Assembly: GCF_009914755.1 (NCBI RefSeq)
Contig: NC_060925.1
Origin: the human T2T-CHM13v2.0 reference genome, Homo sapiens
Direction: 5' to 3' (one strand)
DNA: 64,000 nucleotides
The notes under the pieces were generated by a model. That model did no database searches. It saw only the letters and a list, made by a program, of their open reading frames with translations, and was not told the DNA's origin. A program made the translations under genes and the position numbers. Below are positions 27,527 to 41,475 of this stretch, piece by piece (the first letter of the stretch is position 1; each line of letters opens with the position of its first letter).

Positions 27527-30500
27527 TCTAGCAGAATATGAAGAAATCCCGTTTCCAACGAAGGCCACAAGATGTCAGAATATCCACTTACAGACTTTAC
27601 AAACAGAGTGTTTCCTAACTGCTCTATGAACAGAAAGGTTAAACTCTGTGAGTTGAACGAACACATCACAACGCAGTTTGTGGGAATGATTCTGTCTAGT
27701 TTTGAAACGAAGATATTTCCTTTTCTGCCGTTGACCTTAAAGCGCTTGAAATCTACACTTGCAAATTGCACAAATAGAGTGTTTCAAATCTGCTCTGTCT
27801 AAGGGAACGTTCAACTCTGTGAGTTGAATGCACACAACACAAGGAAGTTACTGGGAATTCTTCTGTCTAGCCTTACATGAAAAAAACCCGTTTCCAACGA
27901 AGGCCTCTAAGTGGTCAAAATTTCCACGTGCAGACTTTACAAACAGAGTGTTTCCAAACCGCTGAATGAAAAGAAAAGTTAAACTCTGAGAGTTGAACGC
28001 ACACATCACGCAGCAGTTTCTGAGAATGATTCTGTCTAGTTTTTATACGAAGATATTTCCTTTTCTGCCTTTGGCCCCAAAGCGCTTGAAATCTCCACTT
28101 GCAAATTCCACAAAAACAGTGTTTCAAATCTGCTCTCTCTAAATGAAAGTTCAACTCTGTCAGTTGAATACACACAACACAAGGAAGTTACTGAGAATTC
28201 TTCTGTCTAGCATAATATGAAGAAATCCCGTTTCCAACGAAGGCCTCAAAGGGGTCTGAATATCCACTTGCAGACTTTATAAACAGAGTGTTTACTAACT
28301 GCTCTATGAAAAGAAAGGTTAAACTCTGTGAGTTGAACACACACATCACAAAGGAGTTTCTGAGAATCATTCTGTCTAGTTTTTCTACGAAGATATTTCC
28401 TTTTCTACTATTGACCTCAAAGCGGCTGAAATCTCCACTTGCAAATTCCACAAAAAGAGTGTTTCAAGTCTGCTCTGTGTAAAGGATCGTTCAACTCTGT
28501 GAGTTGAATACACACAACACAAGGAAGTTACTGAGAATTCTTCTGTCTAGCAGAATATGAAGAAATCCCGTTTCCAACGAAGGCCTCAAAGAGGTCTGAA
28601 TATTCACTTGCAGACTTTACAAACAGAGTGTTTCCTAACTGCTCTATGAAAAGAAAGGTTAAACTCTGTGAGTTGAACGCACACATCACAAAGGAGTTTC
28701 TGAGAATCGTTCTGTCTAGTTTCTATAGGAAGATGTTTCCTATTCTACCATTGACCTCAAAGCGGCTGAAATCTCCACTTGCAAATTCCACAAAAAGAAT
28801 GTTTCAAGTCTGCTCTGTGTAAACGATCGTTCAACTCTGTGAGTTGAATACACACAACACAAGGAAGTTACTGAGAATTCTTCTGTCTAGCATAATATGT
28901 AGAAATCCCGTTTCCAACGAAGGCCTCAAATAGGTCTGAATATCCACTTGCAGACTTTACAAACAGAGTGTTTCCTAACTGCTCTATGAAAAGAAAAGTT
29001 AAACTCTGTGATTTGAACGCACACATCACAAAGGAGTTTCTGAGAATCATTCTGTCTGGTCTTTATACGAAGATATTTCCTTTTCTACCATTGACCTCAA
29101 AGCGGCTGAAATCTCCACTTGCAAATTCCACAAAAAGAGTGTTTCATGTCTGCTCTGTGTAAAGGATCGTTCAACTCTGTGAGTTGAATACACACAACAC
29201 AAGGAAGTTACTGAGAATTCTTCTGTCTAGCAGAATATGAAGAAATCCCGTTTCCAACGAAGGCCTCAAGGAGGTCTGAATATCCACTTGCAGACTTTAC
29301 AAACAGAGTGTTTCCTAACTGCTCTATGAACACAAAGGTTAAACTCTGTGAGTTGAACGCACACATCACAAAGGAGTTTATGAGAATCATTCTGTCTAGT
29401 TTCTATAAGAAGATATTTCCTATTCTACCATTGACCTCAAAGCGGCTGAAATCTCCACTTGCAAATTCGACAAAAAGAGTGTTTCAAGCCTGCTCTTTGT
29501 AAAGGATCCTTCAACTCTGTGAGTTGAATACACACAACACAAGGAGGTTACTGAGAATTCTTCTGTCTAGCATAATATGAAGAAATCCCGTTTCCAACGA
29601 AGGCCTCAAAGGGGTCTGAATATCCACTTGCAGACTTTATAAACAGAGTGTTTACTAACTGCTCTATGAAAAGAAAGGTTAAACTCTGTGAGTTGAACAC
29701 ACACATCACAAAGGAGTTTCTGAGAATCTTTCTGTCTAGTTTCTATAGGAAGATATTTCCTATTCTACCATTGACCTCAAAGCGGCTGAAATCTCCAGTT
29801 GCAAATTCCACAAAAAGAATGTTTCAAGTCTGCTCTGTGTAAAGGATCGTTCAACTCTGTGAGTTGAATACACACAACACAAGGAAGTTACTGAGAATTA
29901 TTCTGTCTAGCATAATATGAAGAAATCCCGTTTCCAACGAAGGCCTCAAAGAGGTCTGAATATCCACTTGCAGACTTTACAAACAGAGTGTTTCCTAACT
30001 GCTCTATGAAAAGAAAAGTTAAACTCTGTGAGTTGAACGCACACATCACAAAGGAGTTTATGAGAATCATTCTGTCTAGTCTTTATACGAAGATATTTCC
30101 TTTTCTACCATTGACCTCAAAGCGGCTGAAATCTCCACTTGCAAATTCCACAAAAAGAGTGTTTCAAGTCTGCTCTGTGTAAAGGATCGTTCAACTCTGT
30201 GAGTTGAATACACACAACACAAGGAAGTTACTGAGAATTCTTCTGTCTAGCAGAATATGAAGAAATCCCGTTTCCAACGAAGGCCTCAAGGAGGTCTGAA
30301 TATCCACTTGCAGACTTTACAAACAGAGTGTTTCCTAACTGCTCTATGAACAGAAAGGTAAAACTCTGTGAGTTTAACGCACACATCACAAAGGAGTTTC
30401 TGAGAATCATTCTGTCTAGTCTTTATACGAAGATATTTACTTTTCTACCATTGACCTCAAAGCGGCTGAAATCTCCACTTGCAAATTCCACAAAAAGAGT

Positions 30501-31266
30501 GTTTCAAGTCTGCTCTGTGTAAAGGATCATTCAACTCTGTGAGTTGAATAAACACAACACAAGGAAGTTACTGAGAATTCTTCTGTCTAGCAGAATATGA
30601 AGAAATCCCGTTTCCAACGAAGGCCTCAAGGAGGTCTGAATATCCTGTTGCAGACTTTACAAACAGAGTGTTTCCTAACTGCTCTATGAAAAGAAAGGTT
30701 AAACTCTGTGAGTTGAACGCACACATCACAAAGGAGTTTATGAGAATCATTCTGTCTAGTTTCTATAAGAAGATATTTCCTATTCTACCATTGACCTCAA
30801 AGCGGCTGAAATCTCCACTTGCAAATTCGACAAAAAGAGTGTTTCAAGCCTGCTCTCTGTAAAGGATCCTTCAACTCTGTGAGTTGAATACACACAACAC
30901 AAGGAAGTTACTGAGAATTATTCTGTCTAGCATAATATGAAGAAATCCCGTTTCCAACGAAGGCCTCAAAGAGGTCTGAATATCCACTTGCAGAGTTTAC
31001 AAACAGAGTGTTTCCTAACTGCTCTATGAGAAGAAAAGTTAAACTCTGTGAGTTGAAGGCACACATCACAAAAGATTTTCTGAGAATCATTCTGTCTAGA
31101 CTTTATATGAAGATAGTTTCCTTTTCTACCATTGACCTCAAAGCGGCTGAAATCTCCACTTGCAAATTCCACAAAAAGAGTGTTTCAAGTCTGCTCTGTG
31201 TAAAGGATCGTTTAACTCTGTGAGTTGAATACACACAACACAAGGAAGTTACTGAGAATTCTTCTG
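27527..31266 (-). repeat. HOR copy 12, 22-mer (A B C D E F/G C/D E F G H)
   Basis: 3740 bp to the next (hybrid) A dimer. Confidence 0.83.
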
Positions 31267-34200
31267 TCTACCAGAATATGAAGAAATCCCGTTTCCAACG
31301 AAGGCCTCAAGGAGGTCTGAATATCCACTTGCAGACTTTACAAACAGAGTGTTTCCTAACTGCTCTATGAACAGAAGGGTTAAACTCTGTGAGTTGAACG
31401 AACACATCACAACGCAGTTTGTGGAAATGATTCTGTCTAGTTTTGAAACGAAGATATTTCCTTTTCTGCCGTTGACCTTAAAGCGCTTGAAATCTACACT
31501 TGCAAATTGCACAAATAGAGTGTTTCAAATCTGCTCTGTCTAAGGGAACGTTCAACTCTGTGAGTTGAATGCACACAACACAAGGAAGTTACTGGGAATT
31601 CTTCTGTCTAGCCTTACATGAAAAAAAAACCGTTTCCAACGAAGGCCTCTAAGTGGTCAAAATATCCACGTGCAGACTTTACAAACAAACAGAGTGTTTC
31701 CAAACCGCTGAATGAAAAGAAAAGTTAAACTCTGAGAGTTGAACGCACACATCACGCAGCAGTTTCTGAGAATGATTCTGTCTAGTTTTTATACGAAGAT
31801 ATTTCCTTTTCTGCCCTTGGCCCCAAAGCGCTTGAAATCTCCACTTGCAAATTCCACAAAAACAGTGTTTCAAATCTGCTCTCTCTAAATGAAAGTTCAA
31901 CTCTGTCAGTTGAATACACACAACACAAGGAAGTTAATGAGAATTCTTCTGTCTAGCATAATATGAAGAAATCCCGTTTCCAACGAAGGCCTCAAAGGGG
32001 TTTGAATATCCACTTGCAGACTTTATAAACAGAGTGTTTACTAACTGCTCTATGAAAAGAAAGGTTAAACTCTGTGAGTTGAACACACACATCACAAAGG
32101 AGTTTCTGAGAATCATTCTGTCTAGTTTTTCTACGAAGATATTTCCTTTTCTACTATTGACCTCAACGCGGCTGAAATCTCCACTTGCAAATTCCACAAA
32201 AAGAGTGTTTCAAGTCTGCTCTGTGTAAAGGATCGTTCAACTCTGTGAGTTGAATACACACAACACAAGGAAGTTACTGAGAATTCTTCTGTCTAGCAGA
32301 ATAGGAAAAAATCCCGTTTCCAACGAAGGCCTCAAAGAGGTCTGAATATCCACTTGCAGACTTTACAAACAGAGTGTTTCCTAACGGCTCTATGAAAAGA
32401 AAAGTTAAACTCTGTGAGTTGAACGCACATCACAAAGGAGTTTCTGAGAATCTTTCTGTCTAGTTTCTATAGGAAGATATTTCCTATTCTACCATTGACC
32501 TCAAAGCGGCTGAAATCTCCAGTTGCAAATTCCACAAAAAGAATGTTTCAAGTCTGCTCTGTGTAAAGGATCGTTCAACTCTGTGAGTTGAATACACACA
32601 ACACAAGGAAGTTACTGAGAATTATTCTGTCTAGCATAATATGAAGAAATCCCGTTTCCAACGAAGGCCTCAAAGAGGTCTGAATATCCACTTGCAGACT
32701 TTACAAACAGAGTGTTTCCTAACTGCTCTATGAAAAGAAAAGTTAAACTCTGTGAGTTGAACGCACACATCACAAAGGAGTTTATGAGAATCATTCTGTC
32801 TAGTCTTTATACGAAGATATTTCCTTTTCTACCATTGACCTCAAAGCGGCTGAAATCTCCACTTGCAAATTCCACAAAAAGAGTGTTTCAAGTCTGCTCT
32901 GTGTAAAGGATCGTTCAACTCTGTGAGTTGAATACACACAACACAAGGAAGTTACTGAGAATTCTTCTGTCTAGCAGAATATGAAGAAATCCCGTTTCCA
33001 ACGAAGGCCTCAAGGAGGTCTGAATATCCACTTGCAGACTTTACAAACAGAGTGTTTCCTAACTGCTCTATGAACAGAAAGGTAAAACTCTGTGAGTTTA
33101 ACGCACACATCACAAAGGAGTTTCTGAGAATCATTCTGTCTAGTCTTTATACGAAGATATTTACTTTTCTACCATTGACCTCAAAGCGGCTGAAATCTCC
33201 ACTTGCAAATTCCACAAAAAGAGTGTTTAGTGTTTCAAGTCTGCTCTGTGTAAAGGATCATTCAACTCTGTGAGTTGAATAAACACAACACAAGGAAGTT
33301 ACTGAGAATTCTTCTGTCTAGCAGAATATGAAGAAATCCCGTTTCCAACGAAGGCCTCAAGGAGGTCTGAATATCCACTTGCAGACTTTACAAACAGAGT
33401 GTTTCCTAACTGCTCTATGAACAGAAAGGTAAAACTCTGTGAGTTTAACGCACACATCACAAAGGAGTTTCTGAGAATCATTCTGTCTAGTCTTTATACG
33501 AAGATATTTACTTTTCTACCATTGACCTCAAAGCGGCTGAAATCTCCACTTGCAATTTCGACAAAAAGAGTGTTTCAAGCCTGCTCTCTGTAAAGGATCC
33601 TTCAACTCTGTGAGTTGAATACACACAACACAAGGAAGTTACTGAGAATTATTCTGTCTAGCATAATATGAAGAAATCCCGTTTCCAACGAAGGCCTCAA
33701 AGAGGTCTGAATATCCACTTGCAGACTTTACAAACAGAGTGTTTCCTAACTGCTCTATGAGAAGAAAAGTTAAACTCTGTGAGTTGAACGCACACATCAC
33801 AAAAGATTTTCTGAGAATCATTCTGTCTAGTCTTTATGTGAAGATAGTTTCCTTTTCTACCATTGACCTCAAAGCGGCTGAAATCTCCACTTGCAAATTC
33901 CACAAAAAGAGTGTTTCAAGTCTGCTCTGTGTAAAGGATCGTTCAACTCTGTGAGTTGAATACACACAACACAAGGAAGTTACTGAGAATTCTTCTGTCT
34001 AGCAGAATATGAAGAAATCCCGTTTCCAACGAAGGCCTCAAGGAGGTCTGAATATCCACTTGCAGACTTTACAAACAGAGTGTTTCCTAACTGCTCTATG
34101 AACAGAAAGGTTAAACTCTGTGAGTTGAACGCACACATCACAAAGGAGTTTCTGAGAATCATTCTGTCTAGTCTTTATACGAAGATATTTACTTTTCTAC

Positions 34201-35018
34201 CATTGACTTCAAAGCGGCTGAAATCTCCACTTGCAAATTCCAAAAAAAGAGTGTTTCAAGTCTGCTCTGTGTAAAGGATCATTCAACTCTGTGAGTTGAA
34301 TAAACACAACACAAGGAAGTTACTGAGAATTCTTCTGTCTAGCAGAATATGAAGAAATCCCGTTTCCAACGAAGGCCTCAAGGAGGTCTGAATATCCACT
34401 TGCAGACTTTACAAACAGAGTGTTTCCTAACTGCTCTATGAAAAGAAAGGTTAAACTCTGTGAGTTGAACGCACACATCACAAAGGAGTTTCTGAGAATC
34501 ATTCTGTCTAGTTTCTATAAGAAGATATTTCCTATTCTACCATTGACCTCAAAGCGGCTGAAATCTCCACTTGCAAATTCGACAAAAAGAGTGTTTCAAG
34601 CCTGCTCTCTGTAAAGGATCCTTCAACTCTGTGAGTTGAATACACACAACACAAGGAAGTTACTGAGAATTATTCTGTCTAGCATAATATGAAGAAATCC
34701 CGTTTCCAACGAAGGCCTCAAAGAGGTCTGAATATCCACTTGCAGACTTTACAAACAGAGTGTTTCCTAACTGCTCTATGAGAAGAAAAGTTAAACTCTG
34801 TGAGTTGAACGCACACATCACAAAAGATTTTCTGAGAATCATTCTGTCTAGTCTTTATATGAAGATAGTTTCCTTTTCTACCATTGACCTCAAAGCGGCT
34901 GAAATCTCCACTTGCAAATTCCACAAAAAGAGTGTTTCAAGTCTGCTCTGTGTAAAGGATCGTTCAACTCTGTGAGTTGAATACACACAACACAAGGAAG
35001 TTACTGAGAATTCTTCTG
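31267..35018 (-). repeat. HOR copy 13, 22-mer (F/A B C D E F F/G H F G H) with several indels
   Basis: 3752 bp, including +4, -2 and +7 indels. Confidence 0.82.
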
Positions 35019-36717
35019 TCTAGCAGAATATGAAGAAATCCCGTTTCCAACGAAGGCCACAAGATGTCAGAATATCCACTTACAGACTTTACAAACAGAG
35101 TGTTTCCTAACTGCTCTATGAACAGAAAGGTTAAACTCTGTGAGTTGAACGAACACATCACAACGCAGTTTGTGGGAATGATTCTGTCTAGTTTTGAAAC
35201 GAAGATATTTCCTTTTCTGCCGTTGACCTTAAAGCGCTTGAAATCTACACTTGCAAATTGCACAAATAGAGTGTTTCAAATCTGCTCTGTCTAAGGGAAC
35301 GTTCAACTCTGTGAGTTGAATGCACACAACACAAGGAAGTTACTGGGAATTCTTCTGTCTAGCCTTACATGAAAAAACCCGTTTCCAACGAAGGCCTCTA
35401 AGTGGTCAAAATATCCACGTGCAGACTTTACAAACAGAGTGTTTCCAAACCGCTGAATGAAAAGAAAAGTTAAACTCTGAGAGTTGAACGCACACATCAC
35501 GCAGCAGTTTCTGAGAATGATTCTGTCTAGTTTTTATACGAAGATATTTCCTTTTCTGCCTTTGGCCCCAAAGCGCTTGAAATCTCCACTTGCAAATTCC
35601 ACAAAAACAGTGTTTCAAATCTGCTCTCTCTAAATGAAAGTTCAACTCTGTCAGTTGAATACACACAACACAAGGAAGTTACTGAGAATTATTCTGTCTA
35701 GCATAATATGAAGAAATCCCGTTTCCAACGAAGGCCTCAAAGGGGTCTGAATATCCACTTGCAGACTTTATAAACAGAGTGTTTACTAACTGCTCTATGA
35801 AAAGAAAGGTTAAACTCTGTGAGTTGAACACACACATCACAAAGGAGTTTCTGAGAATCATTCTGTCTAGTTTTTCTACCAAGATATTTCCTTTTCTACT
35901 ATTGACCTGAAAGCGGCTGAAATCTCCACTTGCAAATTCCACAAAAAGAGTGTTTCAAGTCTGCTCTGTGTAAAGGATCGTTCAACTCTGTGAGTTGAAT
36001 ACACACAACACAAGGAAGTTACTGAGAATTCTTCTGTCTAGCAGAATATGAAGAAATCCCGTTTTCAACGAAGGCCTCAAAGGGGTCTGAATATCCACTT
36101 GCAGACTTTACAAACAGAGTGTTTCCTAACTGCTCTATGAAAAGAAAAGTTAAACTCTGTGAGTTGAACGCACACATCACAAAGGAGTTTCTGAGAATCG
36201 TTCTGTCTAGTTTCTATAGGAAGATATTTCCTATTCTACCATTGACCTCAAAGCGTCTGAAATCTCCACTTGCAAATTCCACAAAAAGAATGTTTCAAGT
36301 CTGCTCTGTGTAAAGGATCGTTCAACTCTGTGAGTTGAATACACACAACACAAGGAAGTTACTGAGAATTATTCTGTCTAGCATAATATGAAGAAATCCC
36401 GTTTCCAACGAAGGCCTCAAGGAGGTCTGAATATCCACTTGCACACTTTACAAACAGAGTGTTTCCTAACTGCTCTATGAGAAGAAAAGTTAAACTCTGT
36501 GAGTTGAACGCACACATCACAAAAGATTTTCTGAGAATCATTCTGTCTAGTCTTTATATGAAGATAGTTTCCTTTTCTACCATTGACCTCAAAGCGGCTG
36601 AAATCTCCACTTGCAAATTCCACAAAAAGAGTGTTTCAAGTCTGCTCTGTGTAAAGGATCGTTCAACTCTGTGAGTTGAATACACACAACACAAGGAAGT
36701 TACTGAGAATTCTTCTG
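35019..36717 (-). repeat. HOR copy 14, 10-mer
   Basis: Spacing 1699 bp. Confidence 0.88.
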
Positions 36718-39700
36718 TCTAGCAGAATATGAAGAAATCCCGTTTCCAACGAAGGCCACAAGATGTCAGAATATCCACTTACAGACTTTACAAACAGAGT
36801 GTTTCCTAACTGCTCTATGAACAGAAAGGTTAAACTCTGTGAGTTGAACGAACACATCACAACGCAGTTTGTGGGAATGATTCTGTCTAGTTTTGAAACG
36901 AAGATATTTCCTTTTCTGCCGTTGACCTTAAAGCGCTTGAAATCTACACTTGCAAATTGCACAAATAGAGTGTTTCAAATCTGCTCTGTCTAAGGGAACG
37001 TTCAACTCTGTGAGTTGAATGCACACAACACAAGGAAGTTACTGGGAATTCTTCTGTCTAGACTTACATGAAAAAAACCCGTTTCCAACGAAGGCCTCTA
37101 AGTGGTCAAAATTTCCACGTGCAGACTTTACAAACAGAGTGTTTCCAAACCGCTGAATGAAAAGAAAAGTTAAACTCTGAGAGTTGAACGCACACATCAC
37201 GCAGCAGTTTCTGAGAATGATTCTGTCTAGTTTTTATACGAAGATATTTCCTTTTCTGCCTTTGGCCCCAAAGCGCTTGAAATCTCCTCTTGCAAATTCC
37301 ACAAAAACAGTGTTTCAAATCTGCTCTCTCTAAACGAAAGTTCAACTCTGTCAGTTGAATACACACAACACAAGGAAGTTACTGAGAATTCTTCTGTCTA
37401 GCAAAATATGAAGAAATCCCGTTTCCAACGAAGGCCTCAAAGGGGTCTGAATATCCACTTGCAGACTTTATAAACAGAGTGTTTACTAACTGCTCTATGA
37501 AAAGAAAGGTTAAACTCTGTGAGTTGAACACACACATCACAAAGGAGTTTCTGAGAATCATTCTGTCTAGTTTTTCTACGAAGATATTTCCTTTTCTACT
37601 ATTGACCTCAAAGCGGCTGAAATCTCCACTTGCAAATTCTACAAAAAGAGTGTTTCAAGTCTGCTCTGTGTAAAGGATCGTTCAACTCTGTGAGTTGAAT
37701 ACACACAACACAAGGAAGTTACTGAGAATTCTTCTGTCTAGCAGAATATGAAGAAATCCCGTTTCCAACGAAGGCCTCAAAGAGGTCTGAATATCCACTT
37801 GCAGACTTTACAAACAGAGTGTTTCCTAACTGCTCTATGAAAAGAAAGGTTAAACTCTGTGAGTTGAACGCACACATCACAAAGGAGTTTCTGAGAATCG
37901 TTCTGTCTAGTTTCTATAGGAAGATATTTCCTATTCTACCATTGACCTCAAAGCGGCTGAAATCTCCACTTGCAAATTCCACAAAAAGAATGTTTCAAGT
38001 CTGCTCTGTGTAAACGATCGTTCAACTCTGTGAGTTGAATACACACAACACAAGGAAGTTACTGAGAATTCTTCTGTCTAGCATAATATGAAGAAATCCC
38101 GTTTCCAACGAAGGCCTCAAAGAGGTCTGAATATCCACTTGCAGACTTTACAAACAGAGTGTTTCCTAACTGCTCTATGAAAAGAAAAGTTAAACTCTTT
38201 GAGTTGAACGCACACATCACAAAGGAGTTTCTGAGAATCATTCTGTCTAGTCTTTATACGAAGATATTTCCTTTTCTACCATTGACCTCAAAGCGGCTGA
38301 AATCTCCACTTGCAAATTCCACAAAAAGAGTGTTTCAAGTCTGCTCTGTGTAAAGGATCGTTCAACTCTGTGAGTTGAATACACACAACACAAGGAAGTT
38401 ACTGAGAATTCTTCTGTCTAGCAGAATATGAAGAAATCCCGTTTCCAACGAAGGCCTCAAAGAGGTCTGAATATCCACTTGCAGACTTTACAAACAGAGT
38501 GTTTCCTAACTGCTCTATGAAAAGAAAAGTTAAACTCTGTGATTTGAACGCACACATCACAAAGGAGTTTCTGAGAATCTTTCTGTCTGGTCTTTATACG
38601 AAGATATTTCCTTTTCTACCATTGACCTCAAAGCGGCTGAAATCTCCACTTGCAAATTCCACAAAAAGAGTGTTTCAAGTCTGCTCTGTGTAAAGGATCG
38701 TTCAACTCTGTGAGTTGAATACACACAACACAAGGAAGTTACTGAGAATTCTTCTGTCTAGCAGAATATGAAGAAATCCCGTTTCCAACGAAGGCCTCAA
38801 GGAGGTCTGAATATCCACTTGCAGACTTTACAAACAGAGTGTTTCCTAACTGCTCTATGAACAGAAAGGTTAAACTCTGTGAGTTGAACGCACACATCAC
38901 AAAGGACTTTCTGAGAATCATTCTGTCTAGTCTTTATACGAAGATATTTACTTTTCTACCATTGACCTCAAAGCGGCTGAAATCTCCACTTGCAAATTCC
39001 ACAAAAAGAGTGTTTCAAGTCTGCTCTGTGTAAAGGATCATTCAACTCTGTGAGTTGAATAAACACAACACAAGGAAGTTACTGAGAATTCTTCTGTCTA
39101 GCAGAATATGAAGAAATCCCGTTTCCAACGAAGGCCTCAAGGAGGTCTGAATATCCACTTGCAGACTTTACAAACAGAGTGTTTCCTAACTGCTCTATGA
39201 ACAGAAAGGTTAAACTCTGTGAGTTGAACGCACACATCAGAAAGGAGTTCATGAGAATCATTTTGTCTAGGTTCTATAAGAAGATATTTCCTATTCTACC
39301 ATTGACCTCAAAGCGGCTGAAATCTCCACTTGCAAATTCGACAAAAAGAGTGTTTCAAGCCTGCTCTCTGTAAAGGATCCTTCAACTCTGTGAGTTGAAT
39401 ACACACAACACAAGGAAGTTACTGAGAATTATTCTGTCTAGCATAATATGAAGAAATCCCGTTTCCAACGAAGGCCTCAAAGAGGTCTGAATATCCACTT
39501 GCACACTTTACAAACAGAGTGTTTCCTAACTGCTCTATGAGAAGAAAAGTTAAACTCTGTGAGTTGAACGCACACATCACAAAAGATTTTCTGAGAATCA
39601 TTCTGTCTAGTCTTTATGTGAAGATAGTTTCCTTTTCTACCATTGACCTCAAAGCGGCTGAAATCTCCACTTGCAAATTCCACAAAAAGAGTGTTTCAAG

Positions 39701-39777
39701 TCTGCTCTGTGTAAAGGATCGTTCAACTCTGTGAGTTGAATACACACAACACAAGGAAGTTACTGAGAATTCTTCTG
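36718..39777 (-). repeat. HOR copy 15, 18-mer (extra E dimer)
   Basis: Spacing 3060 bp. Confidence 0.87.
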
Positions 39778-41475
39778 TCTAGCAGAATATGAAGAAATCC
39801 CGTTTCCAACGAAGGCCACAAGATGTCAGAATATCCACTTACAGACTTTACAAACAGAGTGTTTCCTAACTGCTCTATGAACAGAAAGGTTAAACTCTGT
39901 GAGTTGAACGAACACATCACAACGCAGTTTGTGGGAATGATTCTGTCTAGTTTTGAAACGAAGATATTTCCTTTTCTGCCGTTGACCTTAAAGCGCTTGA
40001 AATCTACACTTGCAAATTGCACAAATAGAGCGTTTCAAATCTGCTCTGTCTAAGGGAACTTTCAACTCTGTGAGTTGAATGCACACAACACAAGGAAGTT
40101 ACTGGGAATTCTTCTGTCTAGCCTTACATGAAAAAACCCGTTTCCAACGAAGGCCTCTAAGTGGTCAAAATATCCACGTGCAGACTTTACAAACAGAGTG
40201 TTTCCAAACCGCTGAATGAAAAGAAAAGTTAAACTCTGAGAGTTGAACGCACACATCACGCAGCAGTTTCTGAGAATGATTCTGTCTAGTTTTTATACGA
40301 AGATATTTCCTTTTCTGCCTTTGGCCCCAAAGCGCTTGAAATCTCCACTTGCAAATTCCACAAAAACAGTGTTTCAAATCTGCTCTCTCTAAATGAAAGT
40401 TCAACTCTGTCAGTTGAATACACACAACACAAGGAAGTTACTGAGAATTCTTCTGTCTAGCATAATATGAAGAAATCCCGTTTCCAACGAAGGCCTCAAA
40501 GGGGTCTGAATATCCACTTGCAGACTTTATAAACAGAGTGTTTACTAACTGCTCTATGAAAAGAAAGGTTAAACTCTGTGAGTTGAACACACACATCACA
40601 AAGGAGTTTCTGAGAATCATTCTGTCTAGTTTTTCTACGAAGATATTTCCTTTTCTACTATTGACCTCAAAGCGGCTGAAATCTCCACTTGCAAATTCCA
40701 CAAAAAGAGTGTTTCAAGTCTGCTCTGTGTAAAGGATCGTTCAACTCTGTGAGTTGAATACACACAACACAAGGAAGTTACTGAGAATTCTTCTGTCTAG
40801 CAGAATAGGAAGAAATCCCGTTTCCAACGAAGGCCTCAAAGAGGTCTGAATATCCACTTGCAGACTTTACACACAGAGTGATTCCTAACTGCTGTATGAA
40901 AAGAAAGGTTAAACTCTGTGAGTTGAACACACACATCACAAAGGAGTTTCTGAGAATCGTTCTGTCTAGTTTCTATAGGAAGATATTTCCTATTCTACCA
41001 TTGACCTCAAAGCGGCTGAAATCTCCACTTGCAAATTCCACAAAAAGAATGTTTCAAGTCTGCTCTGTGTAAAGGACCGTTCAACTCTGTGAGTTGAATA
41101 CACACAACACAAGGAAGTTACTGAGAATTATTCTGTCTAGCAGAATATGAAGAAATCCCGTTTCCAACGAAGGCCCCAAAGAGGTCTGAATATCCACTTG
41201 CAGACTTTACAAACAGAGTGTTTCCTAACTGCTCTATGAAAAGAAAAGTTAAACTCTCTGAGTTGAACGCACACATCACAAAGGAGTTTATGAGAATCAT
41301 TCTGTCTAGTCTTTATACGAAGATATTTCCTTTTCTACCATTGACCTCAAAGCGGCTGAAATCTCCACTTGCAAATTCCACAAAAAGAGTGTTTCAAGTC
41401 TTCTCTGTGTAAAGGATCGTTCAACTCTGTGAGTAGAATACACACAACACAAGGAAGTTACTGAGAATTCTTCTG
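39778..41475 (-). repeat. HOR copy 16, 10-mer (A B C D E; no H)
   Basis: Spacing 1698 bp. Confidence 0.87.
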
